Assembly: GCF_009914755.1 (NCBI RefSeq)
Contig: NC_060926.1
Length of the DNA: 64,000 bases
Origin: the human T2T-CHM13v2.0 reference genome, Homo sapiens
Strand: one strand, 5' to 3'
Shown here one piece after another: positions 38,068-52,000 of the stretch (the first letter of the stretch is position 1; the number at the start of each line of letters is the position of its first letter). A program made the position numbers and the translations under genes. The notes beneath the pieces were generated by a model. That model had not been told where the DNA came from. It did not search any database and saw nothing but the letters and a program-made list of their open reading frames with translations.

Positions 38068-38901
38068 ACCACCTAGCATTCTGATGCTGGTTTCCTCCAG
38101 AGCAATTGCCCAGCCTCAGTGATGTCCTTCAGAGGTAATAAAGAGACCAAGTGAAGGAGGGGCATGTATCCCAAATAGAAAGGGATCATATATTAAAACA
38201 AAAATCAGGAAAGCCTACTTTTACATACCACCTGTGGGAGTCAGGGATTGTGTGGAGGTTTCTCAGATTCTGCACATTGTCGCTATGCCCCTCCCTGATC
38301 TCAGGAGAAGCCTACACAAAAGCGACATCTCCTGCAAATAAAGTCAGGCTTGGTCCCTGTCAACCTGCTCTTGTATAACATGCTCCCTGTCAAGAAAGAC
38401 GCATGCATCTGTAGATGTTAATTGACAGGTAGATTTAAGATAGGAGACTCTCAGAAAAGAGGAATCTGATGGAACTTCCACTTAACAGCTACTGCATCAC
38501 TAAGACCATTTATCACTTAGCTAATACAGTCAGTGTATTCCTAATACTTTCTGAATTTACAGGTCACCAAACTGCTTTAAAAAAATCAACAAGTGCAGAT
38601 AGAGCTCTGTTTCTTACATGGCAGTATATTTGCGCCGCTAGCTTCCTGTTTCTCCACTTCCTCACTAGGAAGTGACATCTCAAGACCTTAATTTTCTGTT
38701 ATTAAATTGCCACTCACTGTCTTTTATGTACTTGTGACACTTAGACAAACACTGCGTGATGGTGGCGGGGTGGTAGGGGCTGCGGAGGTAGAGATGGAAG
38801 GAGGAGAAAATGAAAGCAAAGGAAAAGAAAGGAAAACAAAATCTAGAATATAATTGAGTCATGTTTCTAAAGAAACAGTAAACAATGAGAATAGAAAACA
38901 A

Positions 38902-39228
38902 GGCCGGGCACAGTGGCTCACACCTGTAATCCCAGCACTTTGGGAGGCCAAGGCAGGCGGATTACCTGAGGTCAGGAGTTTGAGACCAGCCTAGTCAACA
39001 TGGTGAGGCCAAACCCCATATCTACTAAAAAAAAAAAAAATACAAAAAAAAAAAAATTAGCCAGGCATGGTGGCACGTGCCTGTAATTCTAGCTACTCAG
39101 GAGGCTGAGACACGAGAATCACTTGAACCCAGGAGGCAGAGGCTGCAGTGAACCAAGATCACACCACTGTGCTCCAGCCTGCTGTGAGACTCCATCACAA
39201 AGTGAGACTCCACCTCAAAAAAAAAAAA
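38902..39228 (+). mobile_element. AluS
   Basis: ggattacctgaggtcaggagtt; small 3' duplication of gtgagactcca. Confidence 0.94.
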
Positions 39229-40498
39229 CACCACAATATAAGACCCTGCTTAGAGCACACACCCCTTTAAAACAATGGAGACTTAAATGGCATAAAACTG
39301 AATTGGCAAACTCTGAGCTATTTAAAGACTTGTTCACTCATGTATTCCCAGGGCTGAGAAGAGAGTCTGGCACATAGTAGGCACTCAATAAATATGCATC
39401 AACTGAATACATCAATTCATTGGATTAATTTGCATATCTTGGTCAAGGAAAGTATTACATATGGTATTCTTATTTGAAACATTTTACATCAATAGAACTA
39501 AAATGTAACAGGGAGCTTTCAATGTATCTATGACATTGAGGACAAAAAAACAGTCTTTGCCCAAGCCTTGGCTCAGAGTGGGTAAGTGTATACTATAACT
39601 CGGGTGGCACCACTGCCTGGATACTAACATCTAAGAAGAGGATAAAACTTCCCCCAAGTTAATCAATGAGTCTCGGGCAACTCCTAATAGTGTTTTCCTT
39701 CTGGGAGGCCTGCCCATGTGTGCTCCATTCCCAGGGAGCATACAGCCCAGATGGTCCTTCCCATTGACAAAATGTGACAACATGACACCATTACAATTTT
39801 GGCAGGAGATCGACACATTCCTTATTCTGATACTACAGGCTTAACTAGGCCAATGAAATCTAAGGCATTTTGTGTCATTATTTCAGTCCTTACTCTTTCC
39901 AGAAATTATCATCGCAATTATAGATGGACATCACAGCATCCATTAGAAAGGCAGTTCATGATATTCTAAATTCTTGATGTTCCTCCAGAAAGAATCAAAT
40001 TACCAGGAGATGCAGGCTGGAATGATGTGAAGGGAGCGAAATGAAGTAGGGGGAGGGGCAGGGTCCAGGGTTCAAGTATCATCCCTGCCTTCTAGCCAGG
40101 GATTTCTCTCTACAAATCTCAGTGAGTGTCCCACGCAAGTCAATTTAAACCTAAAATCCTTAGTACGAGGAATAACATGTAGAGGAAAAAGGCACTAAGC
40201 AAGTTTCAGAATGTTCCCTGCATGGGCTACATTGCCTGCTGACAGGAACCCAGCTGACAGGTAGGGTGGAATCTTCAGGAGCACAGGTGGGAGCAAGTCA
40301 GAGCATCAAGCTGTTAAAGTGGAGAGCAGAGATGTGGGAAAATGATTTTTTAGAAATTCAGACATCTAGCATTGTGGGATCCGCTGAGTCCCTCATTTGC
40401 TTTTTTATTTCTCTTTTTCCATGAAAATAATGATTCTACGTACTCTGCCCTGTGATGGTTATGAAGTAGAATAAAACATTGTTCCAAAAAGATTTCCT

Positions 40499-40919
<421 letters not shown>

Positions 40920-42599
40920 TCACACCCAGAATCTACATTCTTCTTGAGTACAAAGTCAAGGCTATTGTTTCTTCCTTCAAGAAACAAACATGGAAAATTA
41001 GAAATAAACTTGCCATAATTCATGGAATCTCCAACCCAAAACTTTTTGACCAAAAGTCTGGAAGACAATTAGTTACCATCAAAGATGTCAGTTGGCCTTA
41101 TTAAGTAAAAGGTTGCCAACCAATGAGCTAGAAAGGCATTAAAAAAATGTTCTGGCAGAAATGCTGCCTACATTTCCCCAGACTTCATGAAGTTGTGGGT
41201 GCAGATAATGTCACGGACACAGAAATAATGCACAGCACATTGGCTTTTATTCCCACTTACTTTAAAAAGTCAAAGCCTCCCCTACTTATATCTGGGAAAG
41301 CCCAAAAATGTGCCAGGATTAGGAGACAGTCTAGGATGCACACTTTCTGCCACTTGCTTCTCCTTCACCCTCTGCTTGATGTCCACTTCATCGAATGTGT
41401 CTCTCTTTCATCACTGGTACCATTCCTCTATTGAGACATTCATGCCTGTGATACCTGTACCCTCCCAAAAGATGCCAACCCTTGAGGTACCAAAACAGCT
41501 CTAGAAAGAAGAAGTGATTGTCTCTTGCGTATTTACATTACACATCATGTATGTCCTATGTCTCACAGGACCCTCATGGAAACAGGGCTTAGGGACCATG
41601 CCTCCCTCGCTCTTCCTCCCATGTAAGTTATCCCAACAAAATAGACACAGACTCTCGTTGGTCTCCCACCTGCCTTCCCCCACATCTAAAAAATGAGTCA
41701 TGCCTGACATGTCTGAACCCAGTGGTCAGCATGGCTCAAGTTCAAACTAGAGTCCTTGAAGAAGAACCTGCTGAATCCTAGGCTTCTGCGAAAGAGCCAG
41801 TAAATATGTAGCTCATTTATTCTTCAAAAAACTCAGAACACAAACTAAGTGTTGAATACTTGGAATACCTTGATCATTTTTCTTAAAAAGACATAGTCCC
41901 GCTACTTTTAAAACTAGTAAATCCAAAACACAAAAATACGTAATTACTAGCAAAGACAAAGTATTATGAAAGAAATAAAGAGCGATGGAAAAAAGATATT
42001 CATAGCTTACCAAAACACAGCCGAAATTTGGGGGCAAGTTCAAGAGTTTTGAACAATGTTTTATTGTCTCTTTACATGTTGACTAAGTACAGATCTATTG
42101 AGTTGGAACAAAATGTCATGCAGGTCATTCTTAACAACTCAGTAGGTCCTACAGAAGGTAGCACCTTGTACTTTCTCATTTTAGTGATCACCCACAGACT
42201 ACTGTTAGGTCACTGAAGAGGATTTGCAACTGCTCTCAGGTTTTTGGACACAAAAGATTATGCTCTGCTCTTTGTATGTGAGCTGTGAAGTGTTAAGTCC
42301 TTCCATCTTGGTGCTGTCCACACACAATAATGTTCATAATTACATTATCCAGATTAGTGATTAAAAAAATAAAATGCTAAGCCAGTGTCATCCACCGACA
42401 ACGTTAACCCAGGTGGATAGACATTAAGTCAGTACTACTATATGAACATCAGTGCTTCCATATAACATCAGTACTTCCTGCCGATGTTAATGCCATGTGG
42501 AATGAAATAAAACCCACTAGACTCCAAATATGCTGTCTGTATTACTCTCTTCTTCCACACATTGCCCAAAGGAAACTAGTCTTCTCACATGATCAGCTC

Positions 42600-43400
42600 T
42601 TCACAGAATAACTGCGATGACCATGGAGTATCCTCAGGTCTTCCATATATTTATCAACTAAAGTTTTTATTCTTTTATGATCCCACATCAGAGATGCACA
42701 AGTTTCCTGGTGACATTTTGTGTCAAACTCTGTATGAACTGAGTTCCCAGAGGCTATTTACATTTAACATCACTACAGCTATGGGTTTGCATTAGGTATT
42801 CAGTGTTTTTCTGAGGCTTTATGTAAATCAATTACTTTAAGAGCTAATAACATGTCCCAGTGACTTCAATTATAACTTCAAAGAATAGCTCCCACTGGGA
42901 CTATGCAGGCCATAACACATATAGAGACACATGTAGAGAACATCCTGTCTTTGTCAATGCATGGTCTACATGCATGTAGTTGCCTGCCTTATATTGTGTT
43001 GGGCAAATGTACAAATCAATTAACATGCTCTTCAGTGACCAATTATTAATGCATTTATTAAATTATGTCATATTAAATCAGTATTGCAATCAGATACTCT
43101 TACCGATCTTGAAAATCTGACTTTCTAAAAATCACAAATTTCATGCAATTGTTCCAGATATTTTATATGACCCCATATCTTCTTGTCTGAAGAAGTGTTC
43201 CTTGAAGCAATGCTCAGAGTATGCAACAAGATATTACTGGGAATTTCAGTGCAATTCATGCAATTTTTTTAAATTGTTAAATATTAATTGACTATATACT
43301 GATTAGTGAATGCCACAGCCAAATTAAAATTTCTAATAAAGTATATTGATGACATGTTTCCATCTGGAAACAACAACTGTTTAACAAAAAACTAAACAAT
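42600..43400 (-). mobile_element. Probable ancient hAT transposase remnant
   Basis: Minus strand shows, in hAT order, DG(N)M-like, C..HTLSIA-like and ICPTQY (cf. LCPTRW) motifs across frameshifts. Confidence 0.35.
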
Positions 43401-43623
43401 ACATTTTCTAGAAGCACACAGCTGGTACAGCAGTTAAACATGTAAACAATAATTATATATATCACATATGTAATGTGATACTAATGAAATACTGATTAAT
43501 TATGGTAAGAAAATAATAAATATAATCAGAAATATGATTGGTGCTTTATCAAATTACATATTGTCACAGTAATACTGTACTCCATCTTCCAATAGCAAAA
43601 GGAAGAAAAATATAAGTCTAGAT

Positions 43624-43645
43624 ACACACACACACACACACACAC
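43624..43645. repeat. (AC)11 microsatellite
   Basis: Read directly. Confidence 0.95.
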
Positions 43646-43869
43646 CTGCATGTAGAAGAGCTATACATGGTAAGTTCAGGAAAGGAAATTTTACAATAGC
43701 ACGGTTAGAACTAACTACTTCCCAATGCTGTTCAACTCCCTCTTCTAGTCCATGTTCATTCAAAAACAAAAAAAATTGACTCACATATTGGTGGAGGAAC
43801 TGGCTCTGAAAATTCCAAATTCTGCCCCTTCACATGGATTCTTGAAGCAATTAGAATAGGCAGTGATCA

Positions 43870-44007
43870 GGGGCAGGCATGGTGTCTCATGCTTATAATC
43901 TCAGCACTTTGAGAGATTGAGCTGGGAGTCTCTCTTGAGGCCAAAAGTTTGAGAATAGCCTAGGCAACATATGGAGATCCCATCTCTACAAAAAAATTAA
44001 AATAAAA
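43870..44007 (+). mobile_element. FLAM / free left Alu monomer
   Basis: Single monomer with A tail; 13 bp TSD agaataggcagtg at 43853 and 44008. Confidence 0.88.
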
Positions 44008-44154
44008 AGAATAGGCAGTGGTTTTTTTCATGCTAACAATACTTCTTTGCCCACCTAACAAATTCTACCCATCCTTAACATCCCAGCCCAATCACTACTT
44101 TTTCATTGATATCTTCAGTGTTTCCCACCCTGCCACACCCACCCACCACAGCAA

Positions 44155-44395
44155 AAACAAACTTTTTTTACATTTATCGGTTCACTACAAAGGATATTTT
44201 AATGAATCCAAACAGATGGTCAGATGAAGAGATTCACAGGGCAAGATCTGGAAGGGTCCCAAGTGTGGGAGCTCCTGTCCCTGAGGACTTGGCAGCATGT
44301 GAATGTGTAAGCCTCCATGTGTTTGGCTATCTGAAAACTCCCTGGCCTTTTCGATTTTTGTGGAAGCTTCACTACACAGGCACGATTGACAATTA
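44155..44395. mobile_element. MER21/MER77-like LTR fragment
   Basis: aaaggatattttaa...cagatgaagagattcacagggcaagatctggaagggtccc...ggaagcttcactacacaggcacgattgac. Confidence 0.6.
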
Positions 44396-45000
44396 AGTTA
44401 CTGTTGGACCCTGCACATATCATACCCTCTGCAGTGCCCTTAAGTGACTATACTGAGATTGTTTATAAATATATCTCCCCTCTGGTTCATGAGCCCTTTA
44501 GGACTAGGAATTGCATCCATGTGTTTTCAGCTTGTATCGCCAATGTCAAGCACAATACCTGGCATGGGGCGGACAAGCATTCAATAAGTATTTGTTGAAT
44601 TTCTTAATTAAATTAAATTAAAATTGATGAGAGTCTCATTTCTCATTTCTGCCAGAGATGTTGGATGGAATTAATCTGATACTTTCACTCTTGACTTCAC
44701 TGGGTGAAACTATACTTCTGTTTTATAGTTCTTAATTATTTTTGGATACTTTACTTGCCATTACCTTGACCTAATCATGCATATTTTTATGAAAGTGTAT
44801 CACCTCTCATCTGTGGCTTCTTCCTGGACGCTTTTCTATACATTATAGGAAGAATGTATCATTATATGGCAAAAAGAGTGAAAACAGTTGCCCAAAGTCA
44901 TGGTTCTATCCCTGGCACCTGAATTTTCATAGGCAGGTCATTTAAGCTCTCCAAGCCTCCATTTTCTCATTTTTAAAGAGAGAATAAAAATGTCTTCCTT

Positions 45001-48000
45001 GCAGGCAGACACCTTTGCTGTTCTGCAGCCTCCACTGGTGGCACCTCCATGTGCAGGAGAGACCCAGGTGAATAGGGTCTGGAATGAACCCCCAGCAAAC
45101 CGCAGCAGCCCTACAGAAGAAGAGCCTGACTGTTAAAAGAAAAACAAATAGAAAGCAACAACAAGAACAACATCAACAAAAAGTCCCCACAAAAACTCTA
45201 TCCAAAGATCAGCAGCCTCAAAGATAAACTCATGAAGATGAGAAAGAACCAATGAAAAAATGCTGAAAACTCAAAAAGCCAGAGTGTCTCTTCTCCTCCA
45301 AATGATTGAAACACCTCTCCAGCAAGGCCACAGAACTAGGCTGAGGCTGAGATGAATGAACTGACAGAAGTGGGCTTCAGAAGGTGAGTAATAACAAACT
45401 TTGCTAAGCAAAAGGAGCATGTCCTAACCCAATGCAAAGAAGCTAAGAACCATGATAAAACATTATAGGAGCAATTGACCAGAATAACCAGTTGATAGAG
45501 AATAACTTGATGGAGCTGAAAAACACAACATGAGAACTTCACAATGTAATCACAAGTATCAACAGCAGAACAGATCAAGCAGAGGAAAGACTTTCAGAGC
45601 TTGAAGACTATCTTGCTGAAAAAAGACAGGCAGATAAGATTAAAGAAAACATAATGAAAAGGAATGAACAAAACCTCCAAGAACGGCTGGGTGCAGTGGT
45701 TCATGCCTGTAATCCAGCACTTTGGAAGGCCAAGGGGGACAGATCATGAGGTCAGCAGTTTGAGACCAGCCTGGCCACCATGGCGAAACCCTGTCTCTAC
45801 TAAAAATACAAAAATTAGCTGGGCATGGTGGCAGGTGCCTGTAATCGCAGCTACTTGGGAGGCTGAGACAGGAGAATCATTTGAACCCAGGAGGCGAGGT
45901 TGCAGTGAGTCGAGATTGTGCCATTGCACTCCATCCTGGGTGACAGGGAGAGACTCCATCTCCAAAAAAAAAAAACCCTCCATATGGGGTTGTATAAAAA
46001 GACCAAACCTATGACTGATTGGAATACCACAAGAGATGAGGAGAATGGAACCAAGTTGGAAAACATACATCAGGATATCATCCAGGAGAACTTACCAAGC
46101 CTACCAAGTCAGGCCAACATTCAAATTCAGGAAACCCAAAGAACCCCAGTAAGATACTCCATGAGAAGATCAACACCAAGACATATAATCATCAGATTCT
46201 CCAAGGCTGAAATGAAGGAAAAAATGTTAAGGGCAGCCACAGGGAAAGGCCAGACCACCCATTAGATGAACAGCAGACCTCTCCGCAGAAACCCTACAAG
46301 CCAGAGGAGATTGGGAGCCAATATTCAACATTCTTAAAGAAAAGAATTGCCAACCCAGAATTTCTTATTTGGTGAAATGAAGCTTCATAAGTGAAGGAGA
46401 AATAAAATCCTTTTCAGACAAGCAAATTTTGAGGGAATTTATTACCATCAGGCCTGCCTTGCAAGAGCTCCTGAGGAAAGCACTAAATATGGAATGGAAA
46501 AACCATTACCACCTACTACAAAAACCAATGTCACTATGAAGCAACTACATCAACAAGTCTGCTAAATAACCAGGTAGCATCATGATAACAGGATCAAATT
46601 CACACATAACAATATTTACCTTAAATGTAAATAAGCTAAATGCCCCAATTGAAAGACTCAGAATGGCTATCTGGATAAACAGTTAAGACCCATCAGTGTG
46701 CTGTATTCATGAGACCCATCTCACATGCATAGACACACATAGGCTCAAAATAAAGGGATGGAAGAAAATTTACCAACCAAATGGAAAGCAGGAAAAAAAG
46801 TAGGGGTTACAATCCCAGTTTCTGACAAAACAGACTTTAAATTAACAAAGATCAAAAAACACAAAGAAAGGCATTACATGTGGTAAAGGACTCAATTCAA
46901 CAAGAAAAGCTAACTATCCCAAATATATATACACCCAATACAGTAGCACCCAGATTCATAAAAAAAAGCTCCTAGAGACCTACAAAAGGACTTAGACTCC
47001 CACACAATAATAATGGGAGACTTTAATGCCCAACTGTCAATATTAGACAGATTATTGAGACAGAAAATTCACAAAGATATTCAGGAGTTGAACTCAGCTC
47101 TGGATCAAGTGGACCTGATAGATATCTATGTAACTCTCCTCCCAAAAACAACAGAATATACATTCTTCTCAGCTCCATATGGCACTTACTCTAAAATGCA
47201 TCACATAATTGAAAGTAAAACACTACTCAGCAAATGCAAAAGAACTGAAATCATAACAAACAGTCTCTCAGACCACAGTGCAATCAAATTAGAACTCAAG
47301 ATTAAGAAACTCACTCGAAACCACATGACTACATGAAAATTGAACAATATGCTCCTGAAATGACTCCTGGGTAAATGATGAACTTAAGGCAGAAATCAAG
47401 AAGTTCTTTGAAACCAAGGAGAACAAAGAGACAATGTACCAGAATCTCTGGGATGCAGCTAAAACAGTGTTAAGAGGGAAATTTAAAGCACTAACTGCCC
47501 ACATCAAAAAGCTAGAAAGATCTCAAATCAACCCCCTAGCATCACAACTAAAACAACTGGAGAACCAAGAGCAAGAAAACCCCAAAGCTAGTAGAAGATG
47601 AGAAATAACCAAGATCAAGCAGAACTGAGGGAGACACAGACACAAAAAAACCTTTAAAAAATCAATGAATCCAGGAGGTAGATTTTGAAAAAAATAATAA
47701 AATAGATAGACCACTAGCTAGACTAAAAAAGAAGAAAAGAGAGAAGAATCAAATAGATACAATCAGAAATAAGGGGGATATCACCACTGACCCCACAGAC
47801 ATACAAACAATCATGAGAGAATACCATAAATACTTCTGTACTAATAAACTAGAAAATCTAGAAGAAGTGGATAAATTCCTGGACACATGCCCACTCTCAA
47901 GACTGAATGAGGAAGAAGTTGAATCCCTGAATAGACCCATTATAAGCTCTGAAATTGAAGCAGTGATAAATAGCCTACCAACTAAAAACAGCCCAGAACC

Positions 48001-49059
48001 GAAGAGATTTACAACTGAATTCTACCAGAGATACAAAAAGGAGCTGGCACCATTTCTTCTGAAACTATTCCAAATCAAAGAAAAGGAGGGACTCCTCCCT
48101 AACTCATTTTATGAGGCCTGTATCATCCTGATACCAAAATCTGGCAGAAATACAACAACAAAAAAGGAAACTTCAGGCAAATATCCCTGATGAACATTTA
48201 TGTAAAAATCCTCAATAAAATACTGGTAAACTGAATCCAGCAGCTCATCAAAAAGCTATCCACCAAGATCAAGTCATCTTCATCCCTGAGATGCAAGGCT
48301 GCTTCAACTTTTGCAATTCAATAAATGTAATTCATCACATAAACAGAACTAAAGACAAAAATCACATGATAACCTCAATAGACACAGAAAAGGCCTTCGA
48401 TAAAATTCAACATCCCTTCATGTTAAAAATTCTCAATAAACTGGCTCAAATAACAAGAGCCATTTATGAAAACCTCACGGCTAATATCATACTGAATGGG
48501 TAAAAGCTGAAAGCATTCCCCTTGAAAAACAGCACAAGACAAGGATGCCCTCTCTCACCACTCCTATTCAACACAGAATTGGAAGTTCTGCTGATCAGGG
48601 CAATCAGGCAAGAGAAATAAATAAAGCCTATTCAAATTGAAAGAGAGGAAGTCAAACTGTCTCTGTATGCAGATCACATGGTCCTATCATCAGAAAACCC
48701 CATCATCTCAGCCCCAAAGCTTCTTATGCTGATAAGCAACTTCAGCAAAGTCAGGATACAAAATCAATGTGCAAAAATCACAAGCATTCCAAGCAGAAAG
48801 CCAAATAATGAATGAACCCCCATTTGCAATTGCTACAAAGATGATAAAATACCTAGGAACACAGCTAACAAGGGAAGTGAAGGGCCACTTCATGGATAAC
48901 TATAAACCACTGCTCAAGGAAATAAGGAAGGACACAAACGAACCTTCCATCCTCGTGAACAGGAAGAACCTATATTGTGAAAATGGTCACACTCACCAAA
49001 ATAATTTATAGATTCAATACTATTCCCACCAAACTACCATTAACATTCTTCACAGAATT
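45001..49059 (+). mobile_element. Older primate L1 (about L1PA8-13): partial 5' UTR, ORF1, ORF2 EN and RT; 3' part lost
   Basis: ORF1 ATG ~45238; ORF2 start ~46582; ORF fragments [21 protein letters not shown] and [14 protein letters not shown]; many stops; ends at ttcttcacagaatt. Confidence 0.95.
45685..45975 (+). mobile_element. AluS inserted in L1 ORF1
   Basis: Dimeric Alu; flanks aaaacctcca / aaaaccctcca. Confidence 0.94.
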
Positions 49060-52000
49060 CTGGTAGAATTCGCCTGTGAATCTGTCTGGTCCTGGACTTT
49101 TTTTGGTTGGTATATTATTTATGGCCTCAATTTCAGAGCCTGTTATTGGTCTAGTCAGAGATTCAACTTCTTCCTTGTTTAGTCTTGGGAGGGTGTATGT
49201 GTCCAGGAATTTATCCATTTCTTCTAGATTTTCCAGTTTATTTGCATAGAGGTGTTTATAGTATTTTCTGATGGCAGTTTGTATTTCTGTGGGATCTGTG
49301 GTGATATCCCCTTTATCATTTTTTATTGCATCTATTTGATTCTTCTCTCTTTTCTTCCTTATTAGTCTTGCTAGCAGTCAATCAATTTTGTTGATCTTTT
49401 CAAAAAACCAGATCCTGGATTCATTGATTTTTTTGAAGGGGTTTTTTTTTGTCTCTATCTACTTCAGTTCTGCTCTGATCTTCGTTATTTCTTGCCTTCT
49501 TCTAGCTTTTGAATTTGTTTGCTTTTGCTTCTCTAGTTCTTTTAATTGTGATGTTAGGGTGTTGATTTTAGATCTTTCCTGCTTTCTCTTATGGGCATTT
49601 AGTGCTATAAATTTCCCTCTACACACTGCTTTGAATGTGTCCCAGAGATTCTGGTATATTGTGTCTTTGTTCTCACTGGTTTCAAAGAACATCTTTATTT
49701 CTGCCTTCATTTTGTTATGTACCCAGCAGTCATTCAGGAGCAGGTTGTTCAGTTTCCATGTAGCTGTGTGGTTTTGAATGAGTTTCTTAATCCTGAGTTC
49801 TAATTTGATTGCACTGTGGTCTGAAGGACCGTTTGTTGTGATTTCTGTTCTTTTACATTAGCTGAGGAGTGCTTTACTTCCAATTACGTGGTCAATTTTG
49901 GAATAAGTGCAGGGTGGTGCTGAGAAGAATGTATATTCTGTTGATTTGGGGTGGAGAGTTCTGTAGATGTCTATTAGGTCCACTTGGTGCAGAGCTGAGT
50001 TCAAGTCCTGGATATCCTTGTTAACCTTCTGTCTCATTGATCTGTCTAATATTGACAGTAGGGTGTTAAAGTCTCCCATTATTATTGTGTGGGAGTCTAA
50101 GTCTCTTTGTAGGTCTCTAAGGACTTGCTTTATGAGTCTGGGTGGTCCTGTATTGGGTGCATATATATTTAGGATAGTTAGCTCTTCTTGTTGAATTGAT
50201 CCCTTTACCATTATGTAATGGCCTTCTTTGTCTCTTTTGATCTTTTTTGGTTTAAAGTCTGTTTTATCAGAGACTAGGATTGCAACACCTGCTCTTTTTT
50301 TTTTTTTTGCCTTCCGTTTCTGTGGTAGCTCTTCCTCCATCCCTTTATTTTGAGCCTATGTGTGTCTCTACACGTGAGATGGGTCTCCTGAATACAGCAC
50401 ACTGATGGGTCTTGACTCTTTATCCAATTTGCCAGTCTGTGTCTTTTAATTGGAGCATTTAGCCCATTTACATTTAAGGTTAATATTGTTATATGTGAAT
50501 TTGATCCTGTCATTATGATGTTAGCTGGTTATTTTGCCAGTTAGTTGATGCAGTTTCTTCCTAGCCTCGATGGTCTTTACAATTGGCATGTTTTTGCAGT
50601 GGCTGGTACTGGTTGTTCCTTTCCATGTTTAGTGCTTCCTTCAGGAGTTCTTGTAAGGCAGGCCTGGTGGTGACAAAATCTCTCAGCATTTGCTTGTCTG
50701 TAAAGGATTTTATTTCTCCTTCACTTATGAAGCTTAGTTTGGCTGAATATGAAATTCTGGGTTGAAAATTCTTTTCTTTAAGGATGTTGAATATTGGCCC
50801 CCACTCTCTTCTGGCTTGTAGAGTTTCTCCCAAGAGATCCTCTGTTAATCTGATGGGCTTCCCTTTGTGGGTAACCCGACCTTTCTCTCTGGCTGCCCTT
50901 AACATTTTTTCCTTCATTTCAACCTTGGTGAATCTGACAATTATATGCCTTGGGGTTGCTCTTCTCGAGGAGTATCTTTGTGGTGTTCTCTGTATTTCCT
51001 GAATTTGAATGTTGGCCTGCCTTGCTAGGTTGGGGAAGTTCTCCTGGATAATATCCTGAAGAGTGTTTTCCAACTTGGTTTCATTCTCCTCATCACTTTT
51101 AGGTACACCAATCAAATGTAGATTTGGTCTTTTCACATAGTCCCATATTTCTTGGAGGCTTTGTTCATTTCTTTTTCTCTTTTTTCTCTAAACTTCTCTT
51201 CTCACTGTATTTCATTAATTTGATCTTCAATCACTGATACCCTTTCTTCCACTTGATTGAATCGGCTATTGAAGCTTGTGCATGCGTCATGTAGTTCTCG
51301 TGCCATGGTTTTCAGCTCCATCAGGTCATTTAAGGTATTCTCTACACTGGTTATTCTAGTTAGCCATTTGTCTAATGTTTTTTCAAGGTTTTTAGCTTCT
51401 TTGTGATGGGTTCTAACATCCTCCTTTAGCTCAGAGAAGTTTGTTATTACTGACTTTCTGAAGCCTACTTCTGTCAGCTCATCAAAGTCATTCTCCATCT
51501 AGCTTTGTTACGTTGCTGGCAAGGGCTGCAATCCTTTGTAGGAGAAGAGGCACTCTGGATTTTGGAATTTTCAGCTTTTCTGCTCTGATTTCTCCCCATC
51601 TTTATGGTTTTATCTACCCTTGGTCTTTGATGTTGGTGACCTACAGATGGGGTTTTGGTGTGGATGTCCTTTTTGTTGATGTTGATGCTATTCCTTTCTG
51701 TTTGTTTGTTTTCCTTCTAACAGTCAGGTCCCTCAGCTGCAGGTCTGTTGGAGTTTGCTGGAGGTCCACTTCAGACCCTGTTTGCCTAGGTATCACCAGT
51801 GGAGGCTGCAGCACAGCAAATATTGCAGAACAGCAAATATTGCTGCCTGATCCTTTGTCTGGAAGCTTCGTCCCAGAGGGACACCCACCTGTATGAGGTG
51901 TCAGTCAGCCCCTACTGGGATGTGTCTCCCAGTTAGGCTACACGGGGGTCAGAGACCCACTTGAGGAGGCAGTCTGTCAGTTCTCAGACCTCAAACACCA

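Noticed and set aside
49858-51498. Long L1 ORF1/ORF2 frames as a functional retrotransposon
   Set aside because: Frameshifts and stops fragment both ORFs, and the RT domain and 3' end are deleted
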